Source: Armatimonadota bacterium
Lineage (GTDB): Bacteria; Armatimonadota; Armatimonadia; Armatimonadales; Armatimonadaceae
Assembly: GCA_043754515.1 (NCBI GenBank)
Contig: JAYUUO010000061.1
Coordinates: 1-52,186 of the forward strand
Direction of reading: 5' to 3'
Length of the DNA: 52,186 nucleotides
The position numbers and the translations under genes are program-made. The notes beneath the pieces are model-generated. The model was not told where the DNA came from, did not search any database, and saw only the letters and a list, made by a program, of their open reading frames with translations. Positions 16,120-26,225 of the stretch are shown here, in pieces (position 1 is the stretch's first letter; each line of letters opens with the position of its first letter).

Positions 16120-17562
16120 ATGGCGACTACGGAAACCACGGGCGATAACGACGCGACTCTTTTCCCGCGACTGTCGCCGGAACAGCAGGAGGTTGCCGCG
16201 CGATACGGCACTCAGGTGAAACTGTCACCGGGTGACGTGCTGTTCGAGGAGGGCGAGCCGAGCGACGGCACCTACATCGTCACCGAGGGCGAGATCAAGG
16301 TCACGCGCGACGTGGCCGGCGCGGACACGGTGCTGGTCATCCATCAAGGGGGCGAGTTCACCGGCGAACTGGGCGCGCTGACGGGCGGCACGAACATCGC
16401 GACCGGACGCGCCATCGGGCCAGCGTGTGTGGTGCGATTAAGCCAGGAGGCGTTCCAGAAGATGCTCGCCGAGCAGGAAGAGATCCGCAACCTGGTAGTG
16501 CCCGCGATGGTCAAGCGCCGCCCCGAAGCCGACCGGCTCGTGCAGGAACGTGAGAAGCTCGCCGCATTGGGGCGGATGGCGGCGGGCCTGGCGCACGAGG
16601 TAAATAACCCGGCGGCAGCGGCACGTAGCGCGGTTCAGGAACTCGGGCGTACGCTGGATGGGCTACTTGAAACGGTTCTCAAGGTCGGCAAGCACGGACT
16701 GGTGGCGACGCAGATGGACGCGCTCGCGCGGTTCGAGGCGTCGCTACAGGGCGAACGCGCCGCCGTCGCTGCGCTGGACCCGCTGGATCGCGGCGACCGG
16801 GAGAACGCGGTGGTTGAGTGGCTCGAAGCGCAAGATGTGGAGGAGCCGTGGGAACTCGGCCCGCGGTTAGTCGAGGCGGGCGCGACGCTTGCCGCGCTGG
16901 AGACGCTCGGGGATGAGTTGACCGGCTCAGCCCTATGCGACGCGCTCGGTTACATCGCGGCATCGGTCGGCGCGAAGGCGTTGGTGGCGCAGATCGAGGA
17001 GGCGACGGGGCGCATCGTGAATCTGGTGAAGACCGTGAAGGACTACTCCTATATGGATCAGGCACCGCGTCAGGAAGTCCAGGTCAATGACGGGCTACGT
17101 ACCGCGCTCGAACTGTTCCGCCAGTTGAACAAGGATGACTTCGCGCTGGAGACGGAGTTGTCCCCCGCGTGCCCGCCCATCTCGGCGTACGGGAGCGAGT
17201 TGAACCAGGTGTGGACGAACCTGTTAATCAACGCGGCGGACGCGATCCGTTCGCGCCGGGAGGGCACTGGTGAAACGGCTTCGGAGCCGGGGCGCATACG
17301 AATCACCACGCGGTGTGAGTTCGATCAGGTGCTTGTCGCCATCGAAGACAACGGGACGGGAATCGCGCCCGAAGCACTACCGCATCTGTTCGAGCCGTTC
17401 TTCACGACCAAAGAGCCGGGTAAGGGTACGGGGCTGGGCCTCGACATCAGCCACCGGATTGTAGTGGATCATCATCACGGCGATTTCCAGGTGCATTCGG
17501 AGCCGGGAATGACCCGCTTCGAGGTACGCCTGCCGACGCATCTCGCGGACGGGTCGAAGTAG
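16120..17562 (+). CDS. cNMP-binding-domain sensor histidine kinase
   Basis: LFEEGE..GEFTGEL cNMP domain; AHEVNNP H-box; NLLINA N-box; DNGTGI; FFTTK..GKGTGLGL. Confidence 0.93.
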   Translation: MATTETTGDNDATLFPRLSPEQQEVAARYGTQVKLSPGDVLFEEGEPSDGTYIVTEGEIKVTRDVAGADTVLVIHQGGEFTGELGALTGGTNIATGRAIGPACVVRLSQEAFQKMLAEQEEIRNLVVPAMVKRRPEADRLVQEREKLAALGRMAAGLAHEVNNPAAAARSAVQELGRTLDGLLETVLKVGKHGLVATQMDALARFEASLQGERAAVAALDPLDRGDRENAVVEWLEAQDVEEPWELGPRLVEAGATLAALETLGDELTGSALCDALGYIAASVGAKALVAQIEEATGRIVNLVKTVKDYSYMDQAPRQEVQVNDGLRTALELFRQLNKDDFALETELSPACPPISAYGSELNQVWTNLLINAADAIRSRREGTGETASEPGRIRITTRCEFDQVLVAIEDNGTGIAPEALPHLFEPFFTTKEPGKGTGLGLDISHRIVVDHHHGDFQVHSEPGMTRFEVRLPTHLADGSK

Positions 17563-18937
17563 CGCGGGCATCCAGCGCGGCCATTGTCAGCACCGCCGCG
17601 ACGCATAGGTACGCGAACCAATCGCCGAAGCGGGTGAAGAAGGTGCCGGTGCCCGCGCTAAGCGGCAGGGTCGCGGTCACGGTCGCGGGGGCATACAGCG
17701 GCCCCTGCGCGAGTATTTCACCGGTCGGGCTGATGATCTGCGACAAACCGTTCGAGTCGGAGCGGACGAAGCCGACGTGATTCTCGACGGCGCGGAACGG
17801 GAGCATCGCGCCGTGCAGGGAATGTAGCACGCCGCGCGGCGAGGGTGGGTCGAAGTTCGGCATGGCGATCAGCCGCGCGCCCGCCGCCGCGACCTGCCGC
17901 GTAACGCCAGTGTAGCAACTGTCGAAGCAAACCTCCAGACCGATCTTGCCGAGCGGCGAATCGTACGCGGTCGCCACGCTACCCGGTTGCAACGTCTCGC
18001 TTTCGCCTAGGTACAAATGGATTTTGTGATGTGTTCCTAGCACCGCGCCGTCTGGCCCGATCAGCGACGCACAGTTATACGCCTTCGGCTTCCCCGACGC
18101 ACTGTGCCCCACGACAAGATACGCGCCGCCCTCGCGGGCGAGCGTACGGGTGGCGTCGTCCTCATCTTCGGGAGAGAAGGCCGCGCCGAGTATCTCCTCC
18201 GACCAGACGATGAGTTTCGCCCCGCTGCGCGCCGCTTCAACGGTCATTGCATCGCGGTCGGACATGACAGTCGGGGCGGGCGCGATGTCGCGCGTCTCGT
18301 CCCCGGAGAAGTCCTGGATCGCCGCTACCTCGACGCGGGCCAGCGATTCGCGCGCCACGGTGTCCCGGATCGCCGCGCCGAACGCGTAGCACAACACGAC
18401 AAGGGCGAAAACCGGCGCGAGAAGGCGCGGCGCGAACCGGCGTGTAATGAAGGCGTCCGCGATCACGGCGTTCACCAGCCAGAACAGGAACGACACGCCC
18501 CAGATCCCAGTGACAGCGGCGATCTGGATCAGCGCGGTTTGCTTGTATAAGGCGAGGGCGGTGTTGATCGGGATCGGTAGAAAGGTAGTCAGCCATTCGC
18601 CGCTCACGCCGACGATGGCGACCAGGAATATCCAGCGCAGGCTGTTTCCGCCGTGGATACGGCACGCGGTCGCGACCCCCGCGAACAGGAACGTCATCCA
18701 GAGGAACGGGATGAAACCCCAGAGCACGCTGTAGCCGTTCGCGCTCCAGCCGCTGTGTAGCACGCCGCAGACGACGCCTGTTACCAAACCCAGCCCGATG
18801 GTTTCGAGCGGTTTGCGTCCCTGCACGGCGACCAGGAGCGGTGCCAGCGCGAACCACGCCAGCCATTCGAGGTTGTACGGCGGCAGGCTCAGCCCGAACA
18901 GCACGGCGGAGGCGAGGGCGAGGAGGAACGCTTTCAT
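17447..18937 (-). CDS. lnt: Apolipoprotein N-acyltransferase-like protein (TM region + CN hydrolase)
   Basis: N-terminal TM helices with QIAAVTGIWGVSF; catalytic triad WSEE, HHKIHL, VCFD; FRAVEN; FFTRFGDW. Confidence 0.8.
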   Translation of the reverse strand: MKAFLLALASAVLFGLSLPPYNLEWLAWFALAPLLVAVQGRKPLETIGLGLVTGVVCGVLHSGWSANGYSVLWGFIPFLWMTFLFAGVATACRIHGGNSLRWIFLVAIVGVSGEWLTTFLPIPINTALALYKQTALIQIAAVTGIWGVSFLFWLVNAVIADAFITRRFAPRLLAPVFALVVLCYAFGAAIRDTVARESLARVEVAAIQDFSGDETRDIAPAPTVMSDRDAMTVEAARSGAKLIVWSEEILGAAFSPEDEDDATRTLAREGGAYLVVGHSASGKPKAYNCASLIGPDGAVLGTHHKIHLYLGESETLQPGSVATAYDSPLGKIGLEVCFDSCYTGVTRQVAAAGARLIAMPNFDPPSPRGVLHSLHGAMLPFRAVENHVGFVRSDSNGLSQIISPTGEILAQGPLYAPATVTATLPLSAGTGTFFTRFGDWFAYLCVAAVLTMAALDARATSTRPRDASAGVPRSGSFPAPNAPGNRRDDDPLQSGG

Positions 18938-19109
18938 GGGGTAGCTTCTATGATACCGCGAACGGAGCGGGCGGCGGTCGCTTGGCGAACCAACCGCGCG
19001 TGCGATAGAATCCGCCGCGCCCCGACATGATATGGGTCGGGGAACTTCGGTGAAACTCGCGCCGTCATTGTATCGTCACCTATATAAAAGGAGTATTCAC
19101 ACGTTCGCT

Positions 19110-21431
19110 ATGGCTAAATCCCTCATCATCGTCGAATCCCCGGCTAAAACTAAAACACTCAAAGGCTTTCTCGGCAAAGACTACGCCGTGGAAGCCTCCA
19201 TGGGGCACGTGCGCGACCTGCCGAAGTCGCCCATCTCCGTGGACATCGAAAACAATTTCGCCCTCAGCTACACGACTATCCCCGAACGAAAGGATGTGCT
19301 GGCGAAGCTGGCGGCGGCGGCGAAGGGTGCCACCACGGTCTACCTCGCTTCCGACCCCGACCGCGAGGGCGAGGCCATCGCGTGGCACATCGCGACCGCG
19401 TTGAAACTCAAACCATCCCAGATCAAGCGCATCCAGTTCAACGAGATCACGAAAAGCGCGGTGGAAGAGGCCCTGCGCAACCCACGCGCCATCAACTTGG
19501 GGCGGGTAGACGCCCAGCAAGCCCGCCGCGCGCTGGACCGGCTCGTCGGTTACAAAGTGTCACCGATCCTGTGGGCGAAGGTGGCCAAGGGTACCTCGGC
19601 GGGACGCGTTCAGTCGGTCGCAGTACGCATCATCGTGGATCGTGAGCGCGAAATCAAGGCGTTCGTGCCGCAAGAGTATTGGACGCTGACCGCGACGCTA
19701 ACCCCGCAAAACGAGAAGAAGCCGCAGGCGTTCGACGCGGGACTGGCACAGTTTAACAACAAAAAGATCGAACTCAAGACCGAAGACGAGACGAACAAAG
19801 TGCTCGCCGATCTTAGAGGCGCGGTGTACACGGTCGCCAAGGTCAAGAAGTCGGAGCGACAGCGACGCCCAACCGCGCCATTTATCACGTCCACGATCCA
19901 ACAGGAGGCCGCCCGCAAACTGGGGTTCTCGTCTAAGCGCACGATGTCGGTCGCGCAACAGCTGTACGAAGGAATTGATCTCGGGTCGGACGGCGGGCAG
20001 GTCGGCTTGATCACCTACATGCGTACCGACTCCACGCGCATCGCCGCCGAGGCGCAGGCCGAGGCGCGACAGTTCATTCTGACGAACTACGGCGAGAAGT
20101 ACGCCCCGGCGAAGGCGAATATCTACAAGACGAAAGGCTCCGCGCAGGACGCGCATGAGGCGATCCGCCCCACATCCACGTTCCGCGAGCCAGACGCGCT
20201 AAAAAGTAAATTGAATACGGATCAGTATAAGTTGTACCGGCTGATCTGGCTCCGCTTCGTTGCGTCGCAGATGACCCCCGCCGTGCTCGACGTGGTGACC
20301 GCCGACATCAACGCCAATGCGTACACGTTCCGCGCCGCCGGTTCGACGATTAAGTTCGACGGATTTTTGCGCGTTTACACCGAGGGCAAGGATGAGGTCA
20401 CCGCGCCGAATAAGCAGACCGACGCGGACGACGAGGAGAAGCCGCCGCTCCCGCCGCTGACCGAAGGGCAGACACTGGACTTGCAGAAGCTGTTTCCGAA
20501 GCAACACTTCACCGAGCCGCCGCCCCGCTTTTCGGAGGCGACGCTGGTCAAGGGATTGGAGGAGCAAGGCATCGGACGACCGAGCACCTACGCTTCGATC
20601 ATCTCCACCATTCAGGACCGGGGCTATGTCGAGCTACGGGAGAAGCGGTTTTACCCGACCGATCTCGGTTTCGCGGTGACGGACTACCTGGTCAAGAACT
20701 TCGAGACGATCATGGACGTCCATTTCACGGCGGACATGGAGACGCGGCTGGATAAGATCGAGGACGGCGAGCAGGACTACGCCTCGCTCATGAAGGCGTT
20801 CTATGACCCGTTCGCGGACACGCTCAAGAAGGCCGACAAAGAGTCGGAAAGGATGATCGAGCAGACGGATAAGATCTGTCCAGACTGCGGAAAGCCGCTG
20901 ATCAAGCGCGTGTCCCGCTTCGGCGCGTTCTACTCCTGCACCGGCTACCCGGAGTGTAAGTACCGCCTGGACGCCAAGGCCGAGCCTGTTGACGGCGCGC
21001 CCGCCGCCGGGCCGGTCGAGTTCGACATCCCATGTCCTAACTGCGGCAAGAACCTGGTCGAGCGGATGGGCCGGTTCGGCAAGTTCGTCGCGTGCCCCGG
21101 CTATCCGACATGCAAGTACATCCACAAGGAAAAGCCGAAAAGTATCGGGGTCGCGTGCCCGTCTTGCAAGATAGGCGAACTCGGCGAAAAGAAGTCGAAA
21201 ATGGGCGTCTTCTACCCCTGCAACCGCTACCCGGAGTGCAAATTCTCGCTCTCGGGCAAGCCGCTCATGGATCGCCCCTGTCCGGTTTGCAAGGGATTGC
21301 TTCACGAGACCGGCTACCGGGGGAAGATCACCGGGATCAAATGCGCGAATCCGGAGTGTACGTACACTGAAAGGTTCGCGGGCGGCAAAGCGGACGAGGC
21401 GGTAGCGGTCGGCGAGGAAGCGTTGTCTTAA
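19110..21431 (+). CDS. topA: DNA topoisomerase I
   Basis: LIIVESPAK, GHVRDL, DPDREGEAIAWH, SAGRVQS, LITYMRTDS, QDAHEAIRP, GIGRPSTY, four C-terminal zinc ribbons. ATG at 19110. Confidence 0.98.
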   Translation: MAKSLIIVESPAKTKTLKGFLGKDYAVEASMGHVRDLPKSPISVDIENNFALSYTTIPERKDVLAKLAAAAKGATTVYLASDPDREGEAIAWHIATALKLKPSQIKRIQFNEITKSAVEEALRNPRAINLGRVDAQQARRALDRLVGYKVSPILWAKVAKGTSAGRVQSVAVRIIVDREREIKAFVPQEYWTLTATLTPQNEKKPQAFDAGLAQFNNKKIELKTEDETNKVLADLRGAVYTVAKVKKSERQRRPTAPFITSTIQQEAARKLGFSSKRTMSVAQQLYEGIDLGSDGGQVGLITYMRTDSTRIAAEAQAEARQFILTNYGEKYAPAKANIYKTKGSAQDAHEAIRPTSTFREPDALKSKLNTDQYKLYRLIWLRFVASQMTPAVLDVVTADINANAYTFRAAGSTIKFDGFLRVYTEGKDEVTAPNKQTDADDEEKPPLPPLTEGQTLDLQKLFPKQHFTEPPPRFSEATLVKGLEEQGIGRPSTYASIISTIQDRGYVELREKRFYPTDLGFAVTDYLVKNFETIMDVHFTADMETRLDKIEDGEQDYASLMKAFYDPFADTLKKADKESERMIEQTDKICPDCGKPLIKRVSRFGAFYSCTGYPECKYRLDAKAEPVDGAPAAGPVEFDIPCPNCGKNLVERMGRFGKFVACPGYPTCKYIHKEKPKSIGVACPSCKIGELGEKKSKMGVFYPCNRYPECKFSLSGKPLMDRPCPVCKGLLHETGYRGKITGIKCANPECTYTERFAGGKADEAVAVGEEALS

Positions 21432-21492
21432 GGACGGGCTGGCGCGGTACCGCCCCCTATGATGCCGCGCCGACTCTGGGTACAATCCCCGC

Positions 21493-22416
21493 ATGAAACA
21501 CAGAACATTGGGGAAGACCAGCATGGATGTTTCCGTGCTCGGTTTCGGCGGGGCGGAAATCGGGTTCGAGAAGCCAGATGTGGGTGCGGTCAGCACCCTG
21601 CTCAACGCAGCATTGGACGCGGGCTTGAACGCGCTAGACACCGCAGAATGTTATTGGGCGGGGTCGGAGGAGACGGCGAGCGAGTACTTGATTGGCGAAA
21701 CTATCGCGCACCGGCGTAGCGAGTATTTTCTGTTCACCAAGTGCGGACATGCGTCCGGGATTGACGCCCTCGATTGGTCGGTAGACCTACTGACCCGGAG
21801 CATCGAGCGTAGTCTGAAGCGGCTACGCACCGACTGCCTCGATCTGGTGCAACTCCATTCCTGCGGCGCGGACGTGCTAAAGCAGGGCGACGTCATAGCA
21901 GTATTACAGAAGGCACGTGACGCCGGGAAGACGCGCTTCATCGGCTACAGCGGGGACGGCGACAACGCAGTTTCCGCGATCGAGACCGGTGCATTCGACA
22001 CCCTGCAAACGTCGGTGAACATCGCGGATCAGGAATGTATTACGAAGACGTTGCCTCTCGCCATGAAGCGCGGAATGGGAATTATCGCGAAGCGGCCCAT
22101 CGCGAACGCGGCGTGGCGATATGCATCCGAGTCCGATGTACCAGCCTACCCGAAACCGTATTGGGATCGGCTCCAAAAACTCGAGTATGACTTCCTCCGT
22201 GAGCAAAACGCGGACGCAATTACCCGCACCGCGCTCCGATTCGCCCTGTCCGCGCCCGGCGTGTCCACGGCGATCGTCGGCACGAAGAACCCCGAACGCT
22301 GGGCGACGAATGCTGGTCTGATCGCCGAAATCGAGTCGCTGTCGGGCGCGGAGTGGTCCGCGATACGCGAGCGGTGGAGCGCGGTCGCGGGGCCGGATTG
22401 GGTCGGGCAGACATAG
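21493..22416 (+). CDS. Aldo/keto reductase
   Basis: RTLGKT..VSVLGFG, LDTAECY, TKCG, SLKRLRTDCLDLVQLH, GKTRFIGYS. Confidence 0.93.
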   Translation: MKHRTLGKTSMDVSVLGFGGAEIGFEKPDVGAVSTLLNAALDAGLNALDTAECYWAGSEETASEYLIGETIAHRRSEYFLFTKCGHASGIDALDWSVDLLTRSIERSLKRLRTDCLDLVQLHSCGADVLKQGDVIAVLQKARDAGKTRFIGYSGDGDNAVSAIETGAFDTLQTSVNIADQECITKTLPLAMKRGMGIIAKRPIANAAWRYASESDVPAYPKPYWDRLQKLEYDFLREQNADAITRTALRFALSAPGVSTAIVGTKNPERWATNAGLIAEIESLSGAEWSAIRERWSAVAGPDWVGQT

Positions 22417-22573
22417 AGCGGTGTAATTGTCTCAGGTGTCGATGCCATCTGCGTTGTCACTCCGGAAGGTGGCACCATTTCCCCGATGCACATTGTCACC
22501 TCGGTGACTCGTTCTCGCCTCTGCGTACACCGGAAACCAGTTAATCGTCATTAAGGTAATGAGACTTGAAATT

Positions 22574-23006
22574 ATGCCAGATCTAGACCATCTATCCGAG
22601 GAAATACGAGTACGAATCGAAACTCTCTCGGAGCAAGGAAACGTCGCCTTCGGGGAGGGACGAAGCCGCCCTCGACTTCTATGAGGCCGCGTTATCACAG
22701 CTACCAGAACCGCAACAAAAATGGGCTGAGGCGACATGGCTCTTCGGTTCCATCGGGGATGTATTGTTCAGCTGTGGCAACTACGTGGAGGCATCACGCT
22801 CGCTTTCCAACGCGATGCATTGTCCGGGTGCCCTCGGCAACCCGTTTTTGCACTTGCGGCTGGGACAGTGTCGCTACGAACTCGGGGAGGAGGCACGGGC
22901 GGCGGATGAACTGATGCGTGCCTACATGGGCACTGGGGTTGATATTTTCGCCTATGAAGATCCGAAGTACCTCACGTTTCTAAAGACAAAAGCGATAATC
23001 GCCTGA
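22574..23006 (+). pseudogene. TPR-like helical protein, frameshifted near 22660
   Basis: Frame 1 reads MPDLDHLSEEIRVRIETLSEQGNVAFGEG; another frame continues EAALDFYEAALSQLPEPQQKWAEATWLFGSIGD...GNPFLHLRLGQC..AADELMRAYMG..EDPKYL to the stop at 23006. Confidence 0.75.
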
Positions 23007-23007
23007 C

Positions 23008-24003
23008 CTACTCTTCTTTCAACGCACGCGTCATCAGCGCGGCGACCTCGGCACCGGGCGCGGTGTTCTCGAACAGGAGCCTTGCTACCGCGTCACAGAC
23101 CGGCATCTCGATACCTATCGCGCGTGCCCTAACCGTTACCGCCCGCGCTGTCGGCACGCCCTCCGCGACCTGACCGAGGCGCGTTAAGATGTCGGGTAAC
23201 CGCTCCCTTTTCGCGAGCGATTCGCCGACGCGGTAGTTCCGCGACAACTGCGAGGCCGCCGTCGCCATCAGGTCGCCGACACCCGCCAGGCCGTAGAACG
23301 TCTCGCGCGTCGCTCCGCACGCGACGCCGAACCGCGCCATTTCTGCCAGCCCCCGCGTTAAGAGAGCCGCCTTCGTGTTGTCCCCGAACCCTAAGCCGTC
23401 CGACACGCCGCCCGCGATCGCGAGGACATTCTTGACCGCGCCACCGATCTCGACACCGAGCCGATCCGAGGACGTATAGACGCGGAAGGCGGTCCGGTTG
23501 AGCAACGTGACGACCCGCTTCGCCGCGTCGGCGTCCGGGCACGCGGCGACGGCGGCGGTCGGCACGCCTTTCGCGACTTCGCCGGAAAGGTTAGGCCCCG
23601 ACAGCACGATGATCGGGCGGGACAGTCCGCACACCGATTCGGCGACTTCGGCGGGAAATTGCCCGGTACTCTCCTCCATGCCCTTCGCGGCGAGCACGAT
23701 GTCGCAGTCGGCCGGGAGATACGGCGCGGCGTCGGTCAGCACAACGCGGACAGCGTGTGACGGCACCGCTACCACGACGCATCCGGCGCTCGCGACCGCG
23801 CTTTCGATGTCGGCAGTCAGCGCGAGGGAGCGGGGGAGCGGTGTTCCGGGCAAGTAGCGTCGGTTCTCGCGGGAGTGCGCCAGCCCATTCACGTGCTCTC
23901 TGGAGCGATCCCAGAGCGTCACATGCGGGTGGTTCGCACACAGCAACAACGCGAGCGCAGTGCCCCACGATCCCGCGCCGAGGACGGTTACGGCTCGCGT
24001 CAT
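23008..24003 (-). CDS. gpsA: NAD(P)H-dependent glycerol-3-phosphate dehydrogenase
   Basis: GAGSWGTALA, LSGPN, GGAVKNVLAI, GDNTKAALLTRG, GLAGVGDL, SRNYR, VAEG. Confidence 0.96.
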   Translation of the reverse strand: MTRAVTVLGAGSWGTALALLLCANHPHVTLWDRSREHVNGLAHSRENRRYLPGTPLPRSLALTADIESAVASAGCVVVAVPSHAVRVVLTDAAPYLPADCDIVLAAKGMEESTGQFPAEVAESVCGLSRPIIVLSGPNLSGEVAKGVPTAAVAACPDADAAKRVVTLLNRTAFRVYTSSDRLGVEIGGAVKNVLAIAGGVSDGLGFGDNTKAALLTRGLAEMARFGVACGATRETFYGLAGVGDLMATAASQLSRNYRVGESLAKRERLPDILTRLGQVAEGVPTARAVTVRARAIGIEMPVCDAVARLLFENTAPGAEVAALMTRALKEE

Positions 24004-24014
24004 GTCTTCGCTAC

Positions 24015-24659
24015 TCACGCGGCGGGTTTCCACGCGGCACCCGTCGTCCCCAACGTATCGGTCGGCGGCAGCAGATCACGGACGAGCATCGGCATGGTTC
24101 CGGTCGGCGCGGTGAGAGGCGTCACCGTGTCTGTATCGGCGAGCGTGTACTCGGTCGCGAACTCACCGCGACTGTTCCCGTCGCGGAACACGGTCAGTGT
24201 CCGCGCGGGTACATCCAGCATCCAATACTCCGGGGCACCGTTCCGGGCGTACACGGCGCGTTTGACCCGGCGATCCTGGGTCTGCGTCGTGTTCGACACT
24301 TCAACCAGAAGACAGATATCGGAGAGTGGCGGCGCGTCCGCGTAGTCCTCCCATGCGCCGAGGAACACGGCGACATCGGGTTCCGGCTCGTTATAATTAT
24401 CGGCGAGTACTGGTCCCTGTACCTGTATCCTCTCAAGACCGTAGATACGGCTGAGCCATTTGTGGCAACGCATGACGGTAACTAAGTGTTTTCGATCCTG
24501 TGGCATCTTGGCGACAATATCCCCTTCGATGAGTTCGTAACGGGCATCGTCCAGAATGCCTAGCCGGGCGATTGCCTCGTACTCGTCGCGCTTCCACGCG
24601 CGGCGGGGCGCGCCGTATTTCGTGGCGAGGGCAGGGGGGGGTGTCAGGGTAATGGACAT
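24015..24659 (-). CDS. Uma2 family putative endonuclease
   Basis: RYELIEG, EPEPDVAV, LLVEVS, KRAVYARNGAPEYW. Confidence 0.92.
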   Translation of the reverse strand: MSITLTPPPALATKYGAPRRAWKRDEYEAIARLGILDDARYELIEGDIVAKMPQDRKHLVTVMRCHKWLSRIYGLERIQVQGPVLADNYNEPEPDVAVFLGAWEDYADAPPLSDICLLVEVSNTTQTQDRRVKRAVYARNGAPEYWMLDVPARTLTVFRDGNSRGEFATEYTLADTDTVTPLTAPTGTMPMLVRDLLPPTDTLGTTGAAWKPAA

Positions 24660-24743
24660 GGGCTGGTTTCTCCTGTACCCCGATTAAATCACGGCGTGAA
24701 GCGCGGCGCAGACGGGGCTACAATTAAAAAATGCGGCGGCAGT

Positions 24744-24774
24744 CGAACCGTTCCGCCCTTTCCGACGTGTCTAA
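24744..24774 (+). promoter_or_regulatory. Possible ECF-type autoregulatory promoter (GAACCG-N18-GTCTAA)
   Basis: GAAC -35 and GTCTAA -10 elements lie directly before the sigma ATGs (24777, 24780). The spacer is longer than typical. Confidence 0.35.
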
Positions 24775-24776
24775 CT

Positions 24777-25274
24777 ATGATGAGTGACGAAGGATGCAGG
24801 GAAAGCCGACCGGAGCGGTTCGCGGATCAACTCGGGGCACAACGAGGCCGAGTTTTCGCGTATGTCTTGCGCCGCGTCGCGAACAACAGGATGCTCGCCG
24901 AGGATGTCACGCAGGACTGCTTCGTGCGGGTCTGGCAGGCACGGGAGCGGTCTCCCCTACCACCCGGAGCGTTGTATACCTACCTTCTGACCACCGCGCG
25001 CAACCTGATCCGCGACTGGCTCCGTCGGCGCGAGCCGCTTCAGACTGGGGGATGGGAAGAGGCGGAAACAGAAGTCGGCACCGGGATCGAGGACGGCTAC
25101 ATATCGCGCGAGACGGTGGAACGTCTCGCCGCCGAAGCCGCGTTGATGCCGCCCACATTGCGGGAGACATTACGTCTACGCGTTGGGGAAGGGCTGGACT
25201 ACCCTGCTATCGCGGCGCAAATGGGTTGCCCCGTCGGAACAGTTAAGTCGCGGCTCAACGCGGTACGCGCCTAG
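24777..25274 (+). CDS. ECF RNA polymerase sigma factor, apparently cut by a premature TAG
   Basis: AEDVTQDCFVRVW, YLLTTARN, DYPAIAAQMGCPVGTVKSRLN; the frame continues LRAAL after the TAG. Confidence 0.85.
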   Translation: MMSDEGCRESRPERFADQLGAQRGRVFAYVLRRVANNRMLAEDVTQDCFVRVWQARERSPLPPGALYTYLLTTARNLIRDWLRRREPLQTGGWEEAETEVGTGIEDGYISRETVERLAAEAALMPPTLRETLRLRVGEGLDYPAIAAQMGCPVGTVKSRLNAVRA

Positions 25275-25733
25275 TTGCGAGCCGCTCTCCCAGCGAAGGA
25301 GACGTTTCCTGTCATCCCGCCGACTTCCACCGTTCGGGTTGTAATCCGACAGAACACCGCCGCGCTTTCACGCGGAGTGACAACGACCATCTACAAGGAA
25401 CGGAAAACAATGCCAAAAATCCGGCTGGATGGTTTTAATAGTGGTATCGGGTTTGTTGAGAAGAATGACGTCCAGCTCGGGAGCGTTCAGGGAATCGTCG
25501 TCCCGGCGGACATGGATCGTTGCCTGATCGAGGACGTATTCCTTGCCGAAGTAAGTCACCAGCCAGAGGCGGGCTTCGCGCACAAGGCGGACATGACGCA
25601 AGTTGGCGGGCGATTCGCGTAGTATAACCCCCTCGACCAGTTCGTAGCGGTAGTCAAGGGTACCGGCGCGTTCGAGCGCGGCGCAATGGTCCCGCGTTCA
25701 GAGGACACGCATTGGCTCATAAGTCTTTGGTGA
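25275..25733 (+). pseudogene. In-frame continuation of the sigma gene or a downstream hypothetical gene (ATG 25410), interrupted by a TAG at 25620
   Basis: The same frame stays open after the TAG at 25272 and again after the TAG at 25620 (YNPLDQFVAVVKGTG...). Confidence 0.4.
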
Positions 25734-25929
25734 CATATGTGAGGATGCTTCGCATGAGACAGAGTTGGTTGCCCTGTTTCAGTATACCGTACCCTACCCT
25801 CCGGCTCGGTAACCGCACACAATATATGATTCCGATAGGCTTCTAAGCTCAGTATTGATGAGTAAACGCCCCATACCATTCGAGACAATGTGGGGCACTC
25901 ACCTGGCCGTCAGTCCGGTGCGTTCGTGG

Positions 25930-26193
25930 TCATTTCTTCTTATAATATGAGCCTGGCGTCGGTGCCGCTGATGGGGATCCGGTCGTCGGTGCGTTCACGC
26001 CACGCATAGCGGTGGCCTGAGCTTCGCGCATTTTTGACAGGTCCGCGGCGGATGGCTCATGCCCACGAAACTTCGCGAGGCCTGCTTCCGTGGGCGGCTT
26101 CGGCGGTGGGTCAGCGCAACCCGTGACGAGGCCGATAGCCGCCGTTGAAGCGAGTATCAGCACACACCGTAGATGTTTCGATGAAAATCCCAT
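25930..26193 (-). CDS. Small putative lipoprotein
   Basis: Signal peptide ending LVTG-C; Pro-rich mature part; follows the DUF1559 gene. Confidence 0.7.
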   Translation of the reverse strand: MGFSSKHLRCVLILASTAAIGLVTGCADPPPKPPTEAGLAKFRGHEPSAADLSKMREAQATAMRGVNAPTTGSPSAAPTPGSYYKKK

Positions 26194-26225
26194 CTATATC
26201 CTTTCGTCACCCGTGCTCGACAGAC

